DNA from: Sphingomonadales bacterium
GTDB lineage: Bacteria; Bacteroidota; Bacteroidia; NS11-12g; UBA955
DNA length: 64,000 nt
Direction of reading: 5' to 3'
Assembly (NCBI GenBank): GCA_016872175.1
Contig: VHBA01000001.1
Location: forward strand, 2,757-66,756
Part shown: in pieces, positions 1 through 8,425 of the stretch
How the letters are laid out: each line of letters opens with the position of its first letter
How positions within the stretch are numbered: the stretch's first letter is position 1
The notes under the pieces: generated by a model
What the model saw: the letters and a program-made list of their open reading frames with translations, nothing else
Told to the model about the DNA's origin: nothing
Databases searched by the model: none
Position numbers and translations under genes: made by a program

Positions 1-863
1 AGGTCTAATATCACTGCATCAGGCTTTAAATATTCCAGTTGCTCTTTCATCAGGTTTTGCCGCAACAGGGAATAGTGTCCGGCCCCATTTATTCCTACGC
101 TGTGAAATAAAACGCCCGCATCATCGGGTGTTTCTATACTGATACCATAAATTTCAAACATTGATTGAGCAGAATCTGTTTTTTTAAGCGTAAAAACAAA
201 CTCACTGCTTACCATTGGTAAGTCCACCACAAGCATGGAAGTATTACCGGATAAGGCTTTTGGTTCGAATACATCCACAAATAATTGATTTGTGCCTGAG
301 CGCACTGTGAAATCATAACTCAGGGCATCTCTTTTCAAAAATAACCGCAAACGCCTATGTTCAGGTTGAATAGTGCCCTTAAAACTTAACCTGAAACTAG
401 CGTTGCTGTCAAGAGTTCTGGATGTAACTCCGCTTACACCAAGTGGAAATTGTGGATTAATCTCAATGTTTTTAGCATTAAGCCAGCGACCGGTATGTGA
501 GGTCGTGTAATCTACAGCAGCATGGGTTCTTGCGGTTGAATAAGGAAAAACCATGCCCCGGCCTGCATTTCCATACGTTAGTTGGAAGCGGGAGCGCAAT
601 TCACCTGTGAAATCATCTGCTTGTACGTGTGAATCACCTATATACAGGATGCTTACCCGTTTACTCTTTGCATTTTTCAACTTGTTAAAAAACGGTTCGG
701 CTTGTTCTTTGTGATGAAACTGAAGCGTGTTAAATTCTGTGTGCAGAAAAGGGTAGGGGGTATAGCGGTTTTCTGGCCATACCGACAATGACTGCTGGGC
801 TGTCAGAATCTGGCAGCTTGCAAAAAACAATATGAAGAGGATATTTTTAATAATTTTTTTTAT
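1..863 (-). CDS. Secreted SGNH/GDSL-family esterase or O-acyltransferase (PatB-like), 3' end outside the window
   Basis: Not in the ORF track; translated by hand, open from 863 to 1. Signal-peptide-like (I)KKIIKNILFILFFASCQILTA|Q, block I LYIGDSHVQAD, FQLTYGNAGRGMVFP, block II GINGA. Start uncertain (ATA at 863 or TTG at 830). Confidence 0.85.
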   Translation of the reverse strand, partial: MKKIIKNILFILFFASCQILTAQQSLSVWPENRYTPYPFLHTEFNTLQFHHKEQAEPFFNKLKNAKSKRVSILYIGDSHVQADDFTGELRSRFQLTYGNAGRGMVFPYSTARTHAAVDYTTSHTGRWLNAKNIEINPQFPLGVSGVTSRTLDSNASFRLSFKGTIQPEHRRLRLFLKRDALSYDFTVRSGTNQLFVDVFEPKALSGNTSMLVVDLPMVSSEFVFTLKKTDSAQSMFEIYGISIETPDDAGVLFHSVGINGAGHYSLLRQNLMKEQLEYLKPDAVILD

Positions 864-2223
864 GGCTTAACGTATAAATTTCATAAAATTTCATGATTTC
901 CTTATACAGCATTTGAGCAAAAAACTTTTGTCCGGATGCGCTTAAATGTCCGTCAATACTGGCTTTTCCTTGTTTTACCCATCCACTAATTCCATTTTTT
1001 GACTGCATTAGAGCGTGCATATCAAAAAAAGCGCAGCCCGCTTTTTCAGCTGCCTTTTGCATTTCCATTGCCAGGACAGCCGCATACGGATAAGGCTCGG
1101 ACTTTTCATCAATAATCCTTCCCATATCGCCGCCACTTACAACCAAAATACTTATCCCAGGCAGTGCCTTGCGGTATTTAACGAACAATTTATAGAAAGC
1201 ATTGCCCACCTGGGCAGCGTGTGCCTCATTTTGTAAGTATGGTATGGCGTTGTTGCCATAATGAAATACAATCAGCTTGGTGTTTAATAGTTTTGCCTGA
1301 TTTTGCAGCATTGTATTACTAACACTAAACAGTCCGTCGCCACTATGCCCTCTTATTCCGCAATTATCAATTTGAATGCCTTTTTGGCCTTCAAGCAGAT
1401 AGCCAAACAGAGGGGTGGAATTTACTTTATATTTTAGGATTAGCTCCCTGCATTTTCCGTCATGGATCAGTGTTTTATATCCGGTTAATGAAACTTCACT
1501 TTCTGTTTTCTTATCAGCAGTTACACTTATCATGCTTTTATCATCTTTATCATGCAAAAGGTATACCTTACTAAATTGCAATCCCGGGAAAATCCTGATA
1601 GATGACTGAGCCTCGGTGGAATCATCTGTGTTTATGCGGTATTTAATGCCACTAAATCCAAAACCGGTTGCCTTTTTATGGTTAAAAACATTGTATTTGA
1701 TGAGTCCCCGGCAATTTGTTTCAAGGTACCTGTAACTGGCCACATCATTAAATGGAACCAGACCTTGTCCACTGCCGCCAAAGTTTTTTTGCATCAATAG
1801 CCGTAGGTCTTGTGTAATACGGTCTCCTTCAATTTGCGAGTCGCCATAGTACCAAATGTGCACCAGTGAATCAGCTGTGGTTTGAAGTGCTGCAAAAAAG
1901 GCATCCAGCGGGGCTTTCCCATTAATGGAAGCATTGTTTAGAAATGCAATTTCTCTATGCAGGGTATCAATGCGTTTGCGCTGAGCTGCAGTGAGATTTT
2001 TAAGGATAACAGAATCGGGTTTTGCAACGATTTTCTTTGGTTTAACGATCGTGGAGGGTTTTTCCCCGCCCCGAATCAGTGCCCCCGTTTGGGTAAACCG
2101 TAAACCTCTTTCAGTTAGCCACTTGTTCCAAGCCGGCTTGCTGAATGTCCATATAACTCCGGCAAGCAATACAGCAGCTGCGGTGATTGTAAGGAGAGGC
2201 CTGTTATGGTTGTAATTACTCAA
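847..2223 (-). CDS. Membrane-anchored SGNH/GDSL-family O-acyltransferase or esterase (PatB-like)
   Basis: N-terminal TM helix; YYGDSQ, FGGSGQG, GIRGHS, HYGNN and DGH motifs. Confidence 0.85.
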   Translation of the reverse strand: MSNYNHNRPLLTITAAAVLLAGVIWTFSKPAWNKWLTERGLRFTQTGALIRGGEKPSTIVKPKKIVAKPDSVILKNLTAAQRKRIDTLHREIAFLNNASINGKAPLDAFFAALQTTADSLVHIWYYGDSQIEGDRITQDLRLLMQKNFGGSGQGLVPFNDVASYRYLETNCRGLIKYNVFNHKKATGFGFSGIKYRINTDDSTEAQSSIRIFPGLQFSKVYLLHDKDDKSMISVTADKKTESEVSLTGYKTLIHDGKCRELILKYKVNSTPLFGYLLEGQKGIQIDNCGIRGHSGDGLFSVSNTMLQNQAKLLNTKLIVFHYGNNAIPYLQNEAHAAQVGNAFYKLFVKYRKALPGISILVVSGGDMGRIIDEKSEPYPYAAVLAMEMQKAAEKAGCAFFDMHALMQSKNGISGWVKQGKASIDGHLSASGQKFFAQMLYKEIMKFYEIYTLSHKKNY

Positions 2224-2468
2224 ACAGCCTGCTTTTTCTCAAGTATAAGCTCTATGAGGTCACCGGTATTTTTCATGCCTGTTAATTCCCTGAGTTTAAA
2301 ACGTATTCCAAAGTGGGATTCAACAGCAGCAATCATAGTAAGATGGGTAAGGGAATCCCATTTTTCGATTTTTTCTGCAGTCAGGTCATCCGTTATTTCA
2401 ATATTGCCGCATTTAAATACACTGTTGAATATGTTGCTGAGTTGAAGGCGAATTTCAGAAGTTTCCAT
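2220..2468 (-). CDS. Acyl/aminoacyl carrier protein (DltC-like)
   Basis: 82 aa with WDSLTH phosphopantetheine site; its stop overlaps the SGNH start (ATGA). Confidence 0.9.
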   Translation of the reverse strand: METSEIRLQLSNIFNSVFKCGNIEITDDLTAEKIEKWDSLTHLTMIAAVESHFGIRFKLRELTGMKNTGDLIELILEKKQAV

Positions 2469-2469
2469 G

Positions 2470-3120
2470 TCAAAGGGTTTTTATCAAAGATAGACGGGTA
2501 TTGTGTGCCAACAAAGTTAGAATTTCCTTTTGTTCGGAACTTATTTGCTCACGAATGAGAAATCCACATTTTGTGTATGAGCGAAAGGCTGCTTCATTGC
2601 TGCCCAGCAATTGAATTTCAGCTATTGTGGGTTTTTGGGAGGTAGTTGCAGTATGCTCAATGCAGTATTCAATGAGTTTTGAGGCCATCCCTTTACCGCG
2701 AAATTCATTTTTGGTATAGATGCATTCCAGCTGAAGTGCAAGTTGAAGACGGGGTAGTTGCATGCTTTTTAGCATTTCCAATTTGCTGCCTGCCTGTGTC
2801 CATTTTTCTCCCAGCAGCCATGCCATAGCCTGCGCTTTAAGTATTCCGCTGCCCATTCCGCATTCGCCTTCCACCCAGGCACTTAGGCAGGCCGCAGGTT
2901 GCCCGTCAGCTTCAAGTATTGTAAAGTTGGGCAAATACCATTCCTGCCCTTCTATTTCTTCGTCCAAAGCTTCCAGAATCAATGCCCTTGTTTCATCCAA
3001 ATCAAGTCCAAAAAGCGCTGTGTATGGCAAAATTTCACTACCGGACATTTCCGCAAGTATTATGCCCTCTGTAATGAAATCGAGGTCAGTTTTCTTTGCT
3101 TTTCTGAATGTAATGTTCAT
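2470..3120 (-). CDS. GNAT-family N-acetyltransferase
   Basis: Acetyl-CoA motif A IYTKNEFRGKGMASKL; motif B NEAAFRSYTKCGF. Confidence 0.88.
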   Translation of the reverse strand: MNITFRKAKKTDLDFITEGIILAEMSGSEILPYTALFGLDLDETRALILEALDEEIEGQEWYLPNFTILEADGQPAACLSAWVEGECGMGSGILKAQAMAWLLGEKWTQAGSKLEMLKSMQLPRLQLALQLECIYTKNEFRGKGMASKLIEYCIEHTATTSQKPTIAEIQLLGSNEAAFRSYTKCGFLIREQISSEQKEILTLLAHNTRLSLIKTL

Positions 3121-4616
3121 AAAGAAGAATGTTTGCTTTCAGCAATCAGCCGAAGTGCCTTTCTGTCTGTTTTTCCGTTTGCATTCAATGGTATCTCATC
3201 GATGCTCAGTATTCGATGTGGTTTCATGTAATTAGGCAACAGCGGTGCCAGCGATTCTAAAATCTGAACTTCAGCGTTGTCCTGTTTTTGAACAAAAAGT
3301 GCAAGATACCAACTGTTTTGTATCTGATAGCCAATTGCTACAAACTGTTTATTGGGTAATACACGCGCTGCGGCTATTTCTATTTCACCCAGTTCAATGC
3401 GGTATCCTTGTATTTTTACCTGATCATCTTTCCGTCCGATATAAAAATAATTTCCACTTCGGTCTCTGTATGCAATGTCTCCTGTTTTATAATACCGCAC
3501 CTGCTTGTATTCAAAGAACTTTTGCTGATTTTGTTCCGGGTTGCACAAATACCCGGGGGTGATTTGTTGGCCGCTTAGGCACAATTCGCCTTCTTGTTTA
3601 ATATCGCTTATTACATTTTTTGAATCATCTATTAATAAGAAGTCCGCTCTGTACATAGGTTTACCTATACTCACAACCCCGCTGTGATGTTTGATTTTAG
3701 AAGGTACACAGGTTGCAGAACTGCAATAGATGGTAGCTTCCGTAGGACCGTAAACATTGTCAATTCTGGCATTTGGTATACAAGTGGCCCATTTTTCAAG
3801 GAGGTCTTTTTTAAGGGCTTCGCCACAAAATTGAGAAACCCGTAGTTGGGGCAGATGAATATCTTCCAAATAGGGAAGCAGTAAACCGATGGCAGAAGGA
3901 ACCATTAGGCTCACATTTATCTGGTATTTATCCAATACATGATACAATGCCAGTGTTTTTATCATGCCTGTTGGCAAGGTGCAAAAACTTCCACCCTGCA
4001 TCAAAGGCCTGGCAAAACATACCACTGACAAATCAAATGTGAGATCGAACATTTGCAAAAACCGGTCTTCTTCACGCACATCATAACCCAGTGCATCAAA
4101 ACCATCCATGAACGACTGCAGGTTGCCGAATGTTATGGGCACTCCTTTTGGCTTTCCTGTTGTGCCCGATGTAAACAGGATATAAGCCAGTTTATCTTCA
4201 GTTGGAAAGGCGTGAAAACATTCAGAATCAGGCAATGCGGAGTTGTTAACAAATTCAGTTTCCGGAAAATTTTCCTTCAGTTTTTCAATTTCTTCGTCTT
4301 CGGTAGTATAAAACAATGTGCCGATTTCGGCAGCTTTTATAATTTCTGTAATTCTTTCAACAGGATAATGTGATGGAATGGGAACATAGGCCTTTCCGGT
4401 GAGCCATGCTGCGACAAGGGTAGCATATGTCTCGGGAGTATTTTGGGTAATTACACCGATATGCATGCTGCCGGTACGCTGTATTTTACCCTGTATAGCA
4501 CCTGTAAGTTCTTTTAGGTATGCATAAGAAAAGTTAGTATCCTCTATAATACAAGCAGTTCTATCACTCCCTTGTTGTAAATTTTTGAAAATGTCATGTA
4601 GAAACAGCATGCTCAT
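3117..4616 (-). CDS. Stand-alone amino-acid adenylation enzyme (DltA/AlmE-like carrier-protein ligase)
   Basis: A3 YILFTSGTTGKPKG, A4 FDLSV, FCGEAL, A5 NVYGPTE, A7 YKTGD, A8 GRKDDQVKIQGYRIELGEIE, A10 NGKTDR. Confidence 0.92.
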   Translation of the reverse strand: MSMLFLHDIFKNLQQGSDRTACIIEDTNFSYAYLKELTGAIQGKIQRTGSMHIGVITQNTPETYATLVAAWLTGKAYVPIPSHYPVERITEIIKAAEIGTLFYTTEDEEIEKLKENFPETEFVNNSALPDSECFHAFPTEDKLAYILFTSGTTGKPKGVPITFGNLQSFMDGFDALGYDVREEDRFLQMFDLTFDLSVVCFARPLMQGGSFCTLPTGMIKTLALYHVLDKYQINVSLMVPSAIGLLLPYLEDIHLPQLRVSQFCGEALKKDLLEKWATCIPNARIDNVYGPTEATIYCSSATCVPSKIKHHSGVVSIGKPMYRADFLLIDDSKNVISDIKQEGELCLSGQQITPGYLCNPEQNQQKFFEYKQVRYYKTGDIAYRDRSGNYFYIGRKDDQVKIQGYRIELGEIEIAAARVLPNKQFVAIGYQIQNSWYLALFVQKQDNAEVQILESLAPLLPNYMKPHRILSIDEIPLNANGKTDRKALRLIAESKHSSL

Positions 4617-6058
4617 GCATCAAGCATTTTACGCACCTGTTCATTGGTTTTTCTGGGATCAGCTTTCCCTTTGCTGGCTTTCATAACTTCACCTACAAAC
4701 AATCCCAGCAACCCTGTTTTGCCATTTTTATATTCTTGTACCTTATCAGGAAATTTGGATAATACCTCTGCGATAAGCGTTTCAATCGTATCCGTATTAG
4801 CATCCTGAGCCAAGTTTAGTTTTTCTATTAAAGAAACTGCTGAAGCCGCAGAATCTTTAATCATGGCGGGGAACAGGTGTTGCGCTGCTGCACTGTGTGA
4901 AATTATATTTTTATCAATTACTTCAATGATTTCAGCAATCTTTTCAGGTTGCAGCGGGAATGATTCCATACCCATGGCATTCTCATTCAGGTAGCCTTTA
5001 ATGGCCACATTTACCCAGTTGGCTGCCGCTTTATAGTTAGAGGTGCATTGAATTAGCCGATTAAAATAGAGTGCTGTGGACTTATCGTCTGTTAAAACCG
5101 AAGCATCATATTCTGAGAGGCCAAGTTCATTGTTAAATCGATTAAACAGAGACTCTGGTAATTCCGGCATGCTATGTCGCACGGCTTCAATGTCTGTTTC
5201 GGTTAGGGTAAGCGGTGGTAAGTCCGGTTCCGGAAAATAGCGGTAATCATTAACCAGTTCCTTCTTGCGCATACTGAAAGTAATGCCGTTAAGGCCATTA
5301 AATCCGCGTGTTTCACCTACCACGGAACCGCCATTATTCAGTAATTCGGTCTGTCTTTTAATCTCAAAATCAATGGCGCGTTTTACATTGCTGATGGAGT
5401 TCATGTTTTTCACTTCCACCTTGGTTCCAAATGCGGAGGTTCCTTTCGAACGAATAGAAATATTGGCATCGCAACGCAGGCTACCTTCTTCCATATTGCC
5501 GTCGCAAATTTCTAAATACCGCACCAGTCTGCGTATTTCCGTTACAAAGGCATAGGCCTCATCACCGGTACGGATATCAGGTTCAGTTACTACCTCTATG
5601 AGGGGCGTACCTGCACGGTTGTAATCTATCAGTGAGTCGGTCAGATCCTGGTCATGCATGCTTTTGCCGGTATCTTCCTCCATATGAATGCGGATAAGAC
5701 GTACTTTTTTGGGTTCACCCTTTTTTGGCTTGATATTAACAAAACCGCCCGTACACAGTGGTGTGTCGAACTGGGTTATTTGATATCCTTTGGGCAAATC
5801 TGCGTAAAAATAATTCTTGCGCGCATAACGGTTTATCCGGGTGATGTCGCATTGCAAAGCCAGGCCCATTTTCATGGCCAGTTCTATGGCGTGTTTGTTG
5901 TGCCTGGGCAGGGTGCCCGGATGGGCAAGGCTTATAGGGCTCACCTGGGTATTCGGCATTTGTCCGTAAGAAGTGCTGTCTGCCGAAAAGGCTTTGCTGC
6001 CGGTAAGCAGCTGTATATGTATTTCCAATCCTATTACGGCTTCAAATTCAGTGCTCAT
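4613..6058 (-). CDS. gatB: Asp-tRNA(Asn)/Glu-tRNA(Gln) amidotransferase subunit B
   Basis: VIGLEIH, RKNYFYADLPKGYQITQ, DYNRAGTPLIEVVTEPD, LRCDANIS, DYRYFPEPDL. Confidence 0.98.
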   Translation of the reverse strand: MSTEFEAVIGLEIHIQLLTGSKAFSADSTSYGQMPNTQVSPISLAHPGTLPRHNKHAIELAMKMGLALQCDITRINRYARKNYFYADLPKGYQITQFDTPLCTGGFVNIKPKKGEPKKVRLIRIHMEEDTGKSMHDQDLTDSLIDYNRAGTPLIEVVTEPDIRTGDEAYAFVTEIRRLVRYLEICDGNMEEGSLRCDANISIRSKGTSAFGTKVEVKNMNSISNVKRAIDFEIKRQTELLNNGGSVVGETRGFNGLNGITFSMRKKELVNDYRYFPEPDLPPLTLTETDIEAVRHSMPELPESLFNRFNNELGLSEYDASVLTDDKSTALYFNRLIQCTSNYKAAANWVNVAIKGYLNENAMGMESFPLQPEKIAEIIEVIDKNIISHSAAAQHLFPAMIKDSAASAVSLIEKLNLAQDANTDTIETLIAEVLSKFPDKVQEYKNGKTGLLGLFVGEVMKASKGKADPRKTNEQVRKMLDA

Positions 6059-6078
6059 TGCCCTATTTTATTGCGACA

Positions 6079-6086
6079 CAAATATA
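6079..6086 (-). promoter_or_regulatory. Bacteroidota sigma70 -7 element (TATATTTG) for the gatB operon
   Basis: Matches TAnnTTTG, 20 nt upstream of the gatB ATG. Confidence 0.6.
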
Positions 6087-6117
6087 CGTGAGTGAATTGG
6101 TATTGATGGATTCACCC

Positions 6118-6143
6118 AAAAGAAAAGCCCCGTTTCCGGGGCT
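6118..6143 (-). terminator. Intrinsic terminator after tRNA-Gly
   Basis: AGCCCCG-GAAA-CGGGGCT followed by TTTCTTTT on the minus strand. Confidence 0.8.
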
Positions 6144-6146
6144 CAT

Positions 6147-6222
6147 TGGAGCGAGAAACGAGACTCGAACTCGCGACCCTCACCTTGGCAAGGTGATGCT
6201 CTACCAACTGAGCTATTCTCGC
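6147..6222 (-). tRNA. tRNA-Gly (GCC)
   Basis: GCGAGAATAGCTCAGTTGGTAGAGCATCACCTTGCCAAGGTGAGGGTCGCGAGTTCGAGTCTCGTTTCTCGCTCCA; 76-nt cloverleaf with encoded CCA. Confidence 0.98.
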
Positions 6223-6253
6223 TTTTACATTGCTCTTTCGATCAATGTGGGTG

Positions 6254-6261
6254 CAAAATTA
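6254..6261 (-). promoter_or_regulatory. -7 element (TAATTTTG) for tRNA-Gly
   Basis: TAnnTTTG consensus about 30 nt upstream of the tRNA. Confidence 0.65.
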
Positions 6262-6308
6262 ATGAATCCGCAGGCTAAAATCAACCCGGATTAGTTAATT
6301 TTTTAAAA

Positions 6309-6700
6309 GCAGTCCTGTAAGCCGGATTCTGTATCCGAATTCGTTGCCGAAAAAGGACCCTTACCATTTATCTGGGACCTGCTTCACAACAGGCCTCAAT
6401 CGACCTACCCTCCCTGCCATTACTGCCGAAGCAGTAAACCGGAGCGGGCAGCTCCTGATGCAGGGTTTATTTGGTCTTTCAACCCGCAAGGTTTATCCCA
6501 ATCCCGTTTCACAACGAGATGAGTGGGCTCTTACCCCGCTTTTTCACCCTTATCTCGGCTAAGCCGAGACGGTATAGTTTCTGTGACACTCTCTGTCGCA
6601 ACCCGGTTACCCAAGTTGCGCCTTCCTGTTAGGAAGTACGGCGCCCTGTGTTGCCCGGACTTTCCTCACCGGGTTTTCCCGGCGCGGTAAGGCAGACTGC
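6309..6700 (-). ncRNA. rnpB: RNase P RNA (bacterial type A)
   Basis: Minus strand has GAGGAAAGTCCGGGC near the 5' end and ACAGAATCCGGCTTA near the 3' end; terminal GCAGTC/GACTGC P1 helix. Confidence 0.96.
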
Positions 6701-6705
6701 TGCAG

Positions 6706-6713
6706 CAAAGTTA
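6706..6713 (-). promoter_or_regulatory. -7 element (TAACTTTG) for rnpB
   Basis: TAnnTTTG 5 nt before the P1 helix. Confidence 0.7.
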
Positions 6714-6726
6714 AGTCAGATTAAAT

Positions 6727-6753
6727 AAAAAAGGTCTCATGTGAGGCCTTTTT
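6727..6753. terminator. Hairpin terminator downstream of gldJ
   Basis: AAAAAAGGTCTC-atgt-GAGGCCTTTTT, A/T tracts on both sides. Confidence 0.65.
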
Positions 6754-6771
6754 GTGTAATGTCAATTATAA

Positions 6772-8292
6772 TCAACGTTTTTGCTTTGTTTTCTTGTCGA
6801 TACCACTGCTGGGGAGTTTGTTATATTTCTCCTTACTATTACCCACAGGTGATCCGATTCTAATCATGGCACAACGGAAACCTATGGTGCTGGTACTTTG
6901 CTTTTCATCAAGGAAACGGCGAGTACCGGGTGAGGCCCAATAGGTGCGGTCGTTCCAACTTGCGCCCTTGAATACACGGGCTTTGTTGTTTACCAAAGAG
7001 GTAGCACCGTATTCGTAAATCATTTCTCCGTTGTTGTAGTTGTCTTCATCTTTAAAGCCAATGTTATCAGCCTTGCGATAGTTACGGCGATTTACATTGT
7101 CTGACTCTGTTACATCGCGGAACTTAAGACGACCAAGGCTATCTTTTTCTTCGATTGCTCCGTACTGGTCCATTACAAGCGTCTTATAAACGTTACCACG
7201 GAAAGGCATGAAGGCATCCATGTCTTCCATAGATAGGGGACGATAAACATCCATAACCCATTCACTAACGTTGGCTGACATGTTATACAAACCATATGCA
7301 TTAGGCCAGTAACTGTATACGGGTGTGGTTATAAAGCCTGCATCATTCAAAGGACCACCGGCCACACCACCAAAATCTCCTTTGCCGCGCATGGCATTCA
7401 TGCGAATTTTTCCTCTGTCTGTCTCACTACCATCTTTGATTCTTATAGTATAGTCATCCCAAGAATATAGTCGCTTTTGATCAATGTTTTCGAATTGGGT
7501 ATTTCCAATGTTTGCCTGTGCGGCGAATTCCCATTCAGCTTCTGTTGGCAGGCGATAGTCGGGAAGGAGTATGCCATCTTCCATGCTTACTTTGTAACGC
7601 TTGCGATCTTTTTTCTTAAGTTTACTGTAATCTTTAAGTGGTTTTTTGCCTTTCTTAAGAAAATCATACTGACCGGCAAGATACGTGCGGGTGTTAAAGT
7701 TGTTGTCGCCGGCAGCATCCTGGGCAATAGTGAATTTCATGATGCGTTCACGGTCAACGATATATTCGTTAACACGGTCGGTTCTCCATTTTGCAAAGTT
7801 TGTGGCCTGTTGCCAGTTTACCCCTACTACGGGATAATCTTTGTAGGCAGGGTGTCGGAAGTAGTAGTCTACAAATGGTTCATTGTAACCTAATTTACTT
7901 CTCCAGCAGTTGGTGTCGGGGAGTTCCTGGTTGTATACCTCAGGATAATCAACAAATGTGCGCATCAACCAGAAGATGTAGCCACGGTAATCAAGGTTGC
8001 TTACCTCAGTTTCATCCATGTAAAAAGAGTTTACTGTAATCGTTCTCTCCACATTGTTGTTGTCGTACCGCAGATCATTTTCGGTTGATCCCATGGTGAA
8101 TGATCCACCCTCCACTAAAACAAGCCCGGGACCGGTCTCCTGACCTTTGTATTTGGGATTAGCAAACCCACCCCATTTTGGATTGTTGTACAACTGACCG
8201 GTTGTTCTGCTTTTGTCTTTAGACCCGCAGCTTGCAAACAATAATGGCATTGCAATTACCGCTAACCATTGAATTTTTACCCTGAAATTCAT
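6772..8292 (-). CDS. gldJ: Gliding-motility lipoprotein GldJ (FGE/SUMF1-type domain)
   Basis: Lipobox LLFASC from ATG 8292; GPGLVLVEGGSFTMG, FYMDETEV, YPVVGVNW, YRLPTEAEWE, IGFRCAM; synteny with porU/porV. Confidence 0.88.
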   Translation of the reverse strand: MNFRVKIQWLAVIAMPLLFASCGSKDKSRTTGQLYNNPKWGGFANPKYKGQETGPGLVLVEGGSFTMGSTENDLRYDNNNVERTITVNSFYMDETEVSNLDYRGYIFWLMRTFVDYPEVYNQELPDTNCWRSKLGYNEPFVDYYFRHPAYKDYPVVGVNWQQATNFAKWRTDRVNEYIVDRERIMKFTIAQDAAGDNNFNTRTYLAGQYDFLKKGKKPLKDYSKLKKKDRKRYKVSMEDGILLPDYRLPTEAEWEFAAQANIGNTQFENIDQKRLYSWDDYTIRIKDGSETDRGKIRMNAMRGKGDFGGVAGGPLNDAGFITTPVYSYWPNAYGLYNMSANVSEWVMDVYRPLSMEDMDAFMPFRGNVYKTLVMDQYGAIEEKDSLGRLKFRDVTESDNVNRRNYRKADNIGFKDEDNYNNGEMIYEYGATSLVNNKARVFKGASWNDRTYWASPGTRRFLDEKQSTSTIGFRCAMIRIGSPVGNSKEKYNKLPSSGIDKKTKQKR

Positions 8293-8370
8293 TTTCGTTT
8301 GTTTATGTTTTAACGCTTTTAGGCGAAAAATATTTCGCAAGTATATAAATATTTTTCCTATATCCCAAAT

Positions 8371-8406
8371 AAAAATGGGCCGAAATTAATTTTCAGCCCA
8401 TTTTTT
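8371..8406. terminator. Hairpin terminator downstream of the porP-like gene
   Basis: AAAAATGGGC-C-GAAA...TTTC-A-GCCCATTTTT inverted repeat. Confidence 0.6.
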
Positions 8407-8425
8407 ATATGTAATTAATAACTTT

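Noticed and set aside
847..863. Programmed +1 frameshift on the A8 run fusing the two SGNH genes
   Set aside because: The second protein has its own signal peptide, so fusion would give an implausible topology; separate initiation is simpler
2220..4616. NRPS secondary-metabolite cluster
   Set aside because: No condensation or thioesterase domain; exported SGNH neighbours point to envelope acylation
6147..6222. tRNA-Gly as an integration site for the Dlt-like cluster
   Set aside because: No integrase or duplicated tRNA 3' end seen; housekeeping gatB lies between and overlaps the cluster
6058..6562. Plus-strand ORFs 6058..6294 and 6344..6562
   Set aside because: Antisense shadows of tRNA-Gly and rnpB
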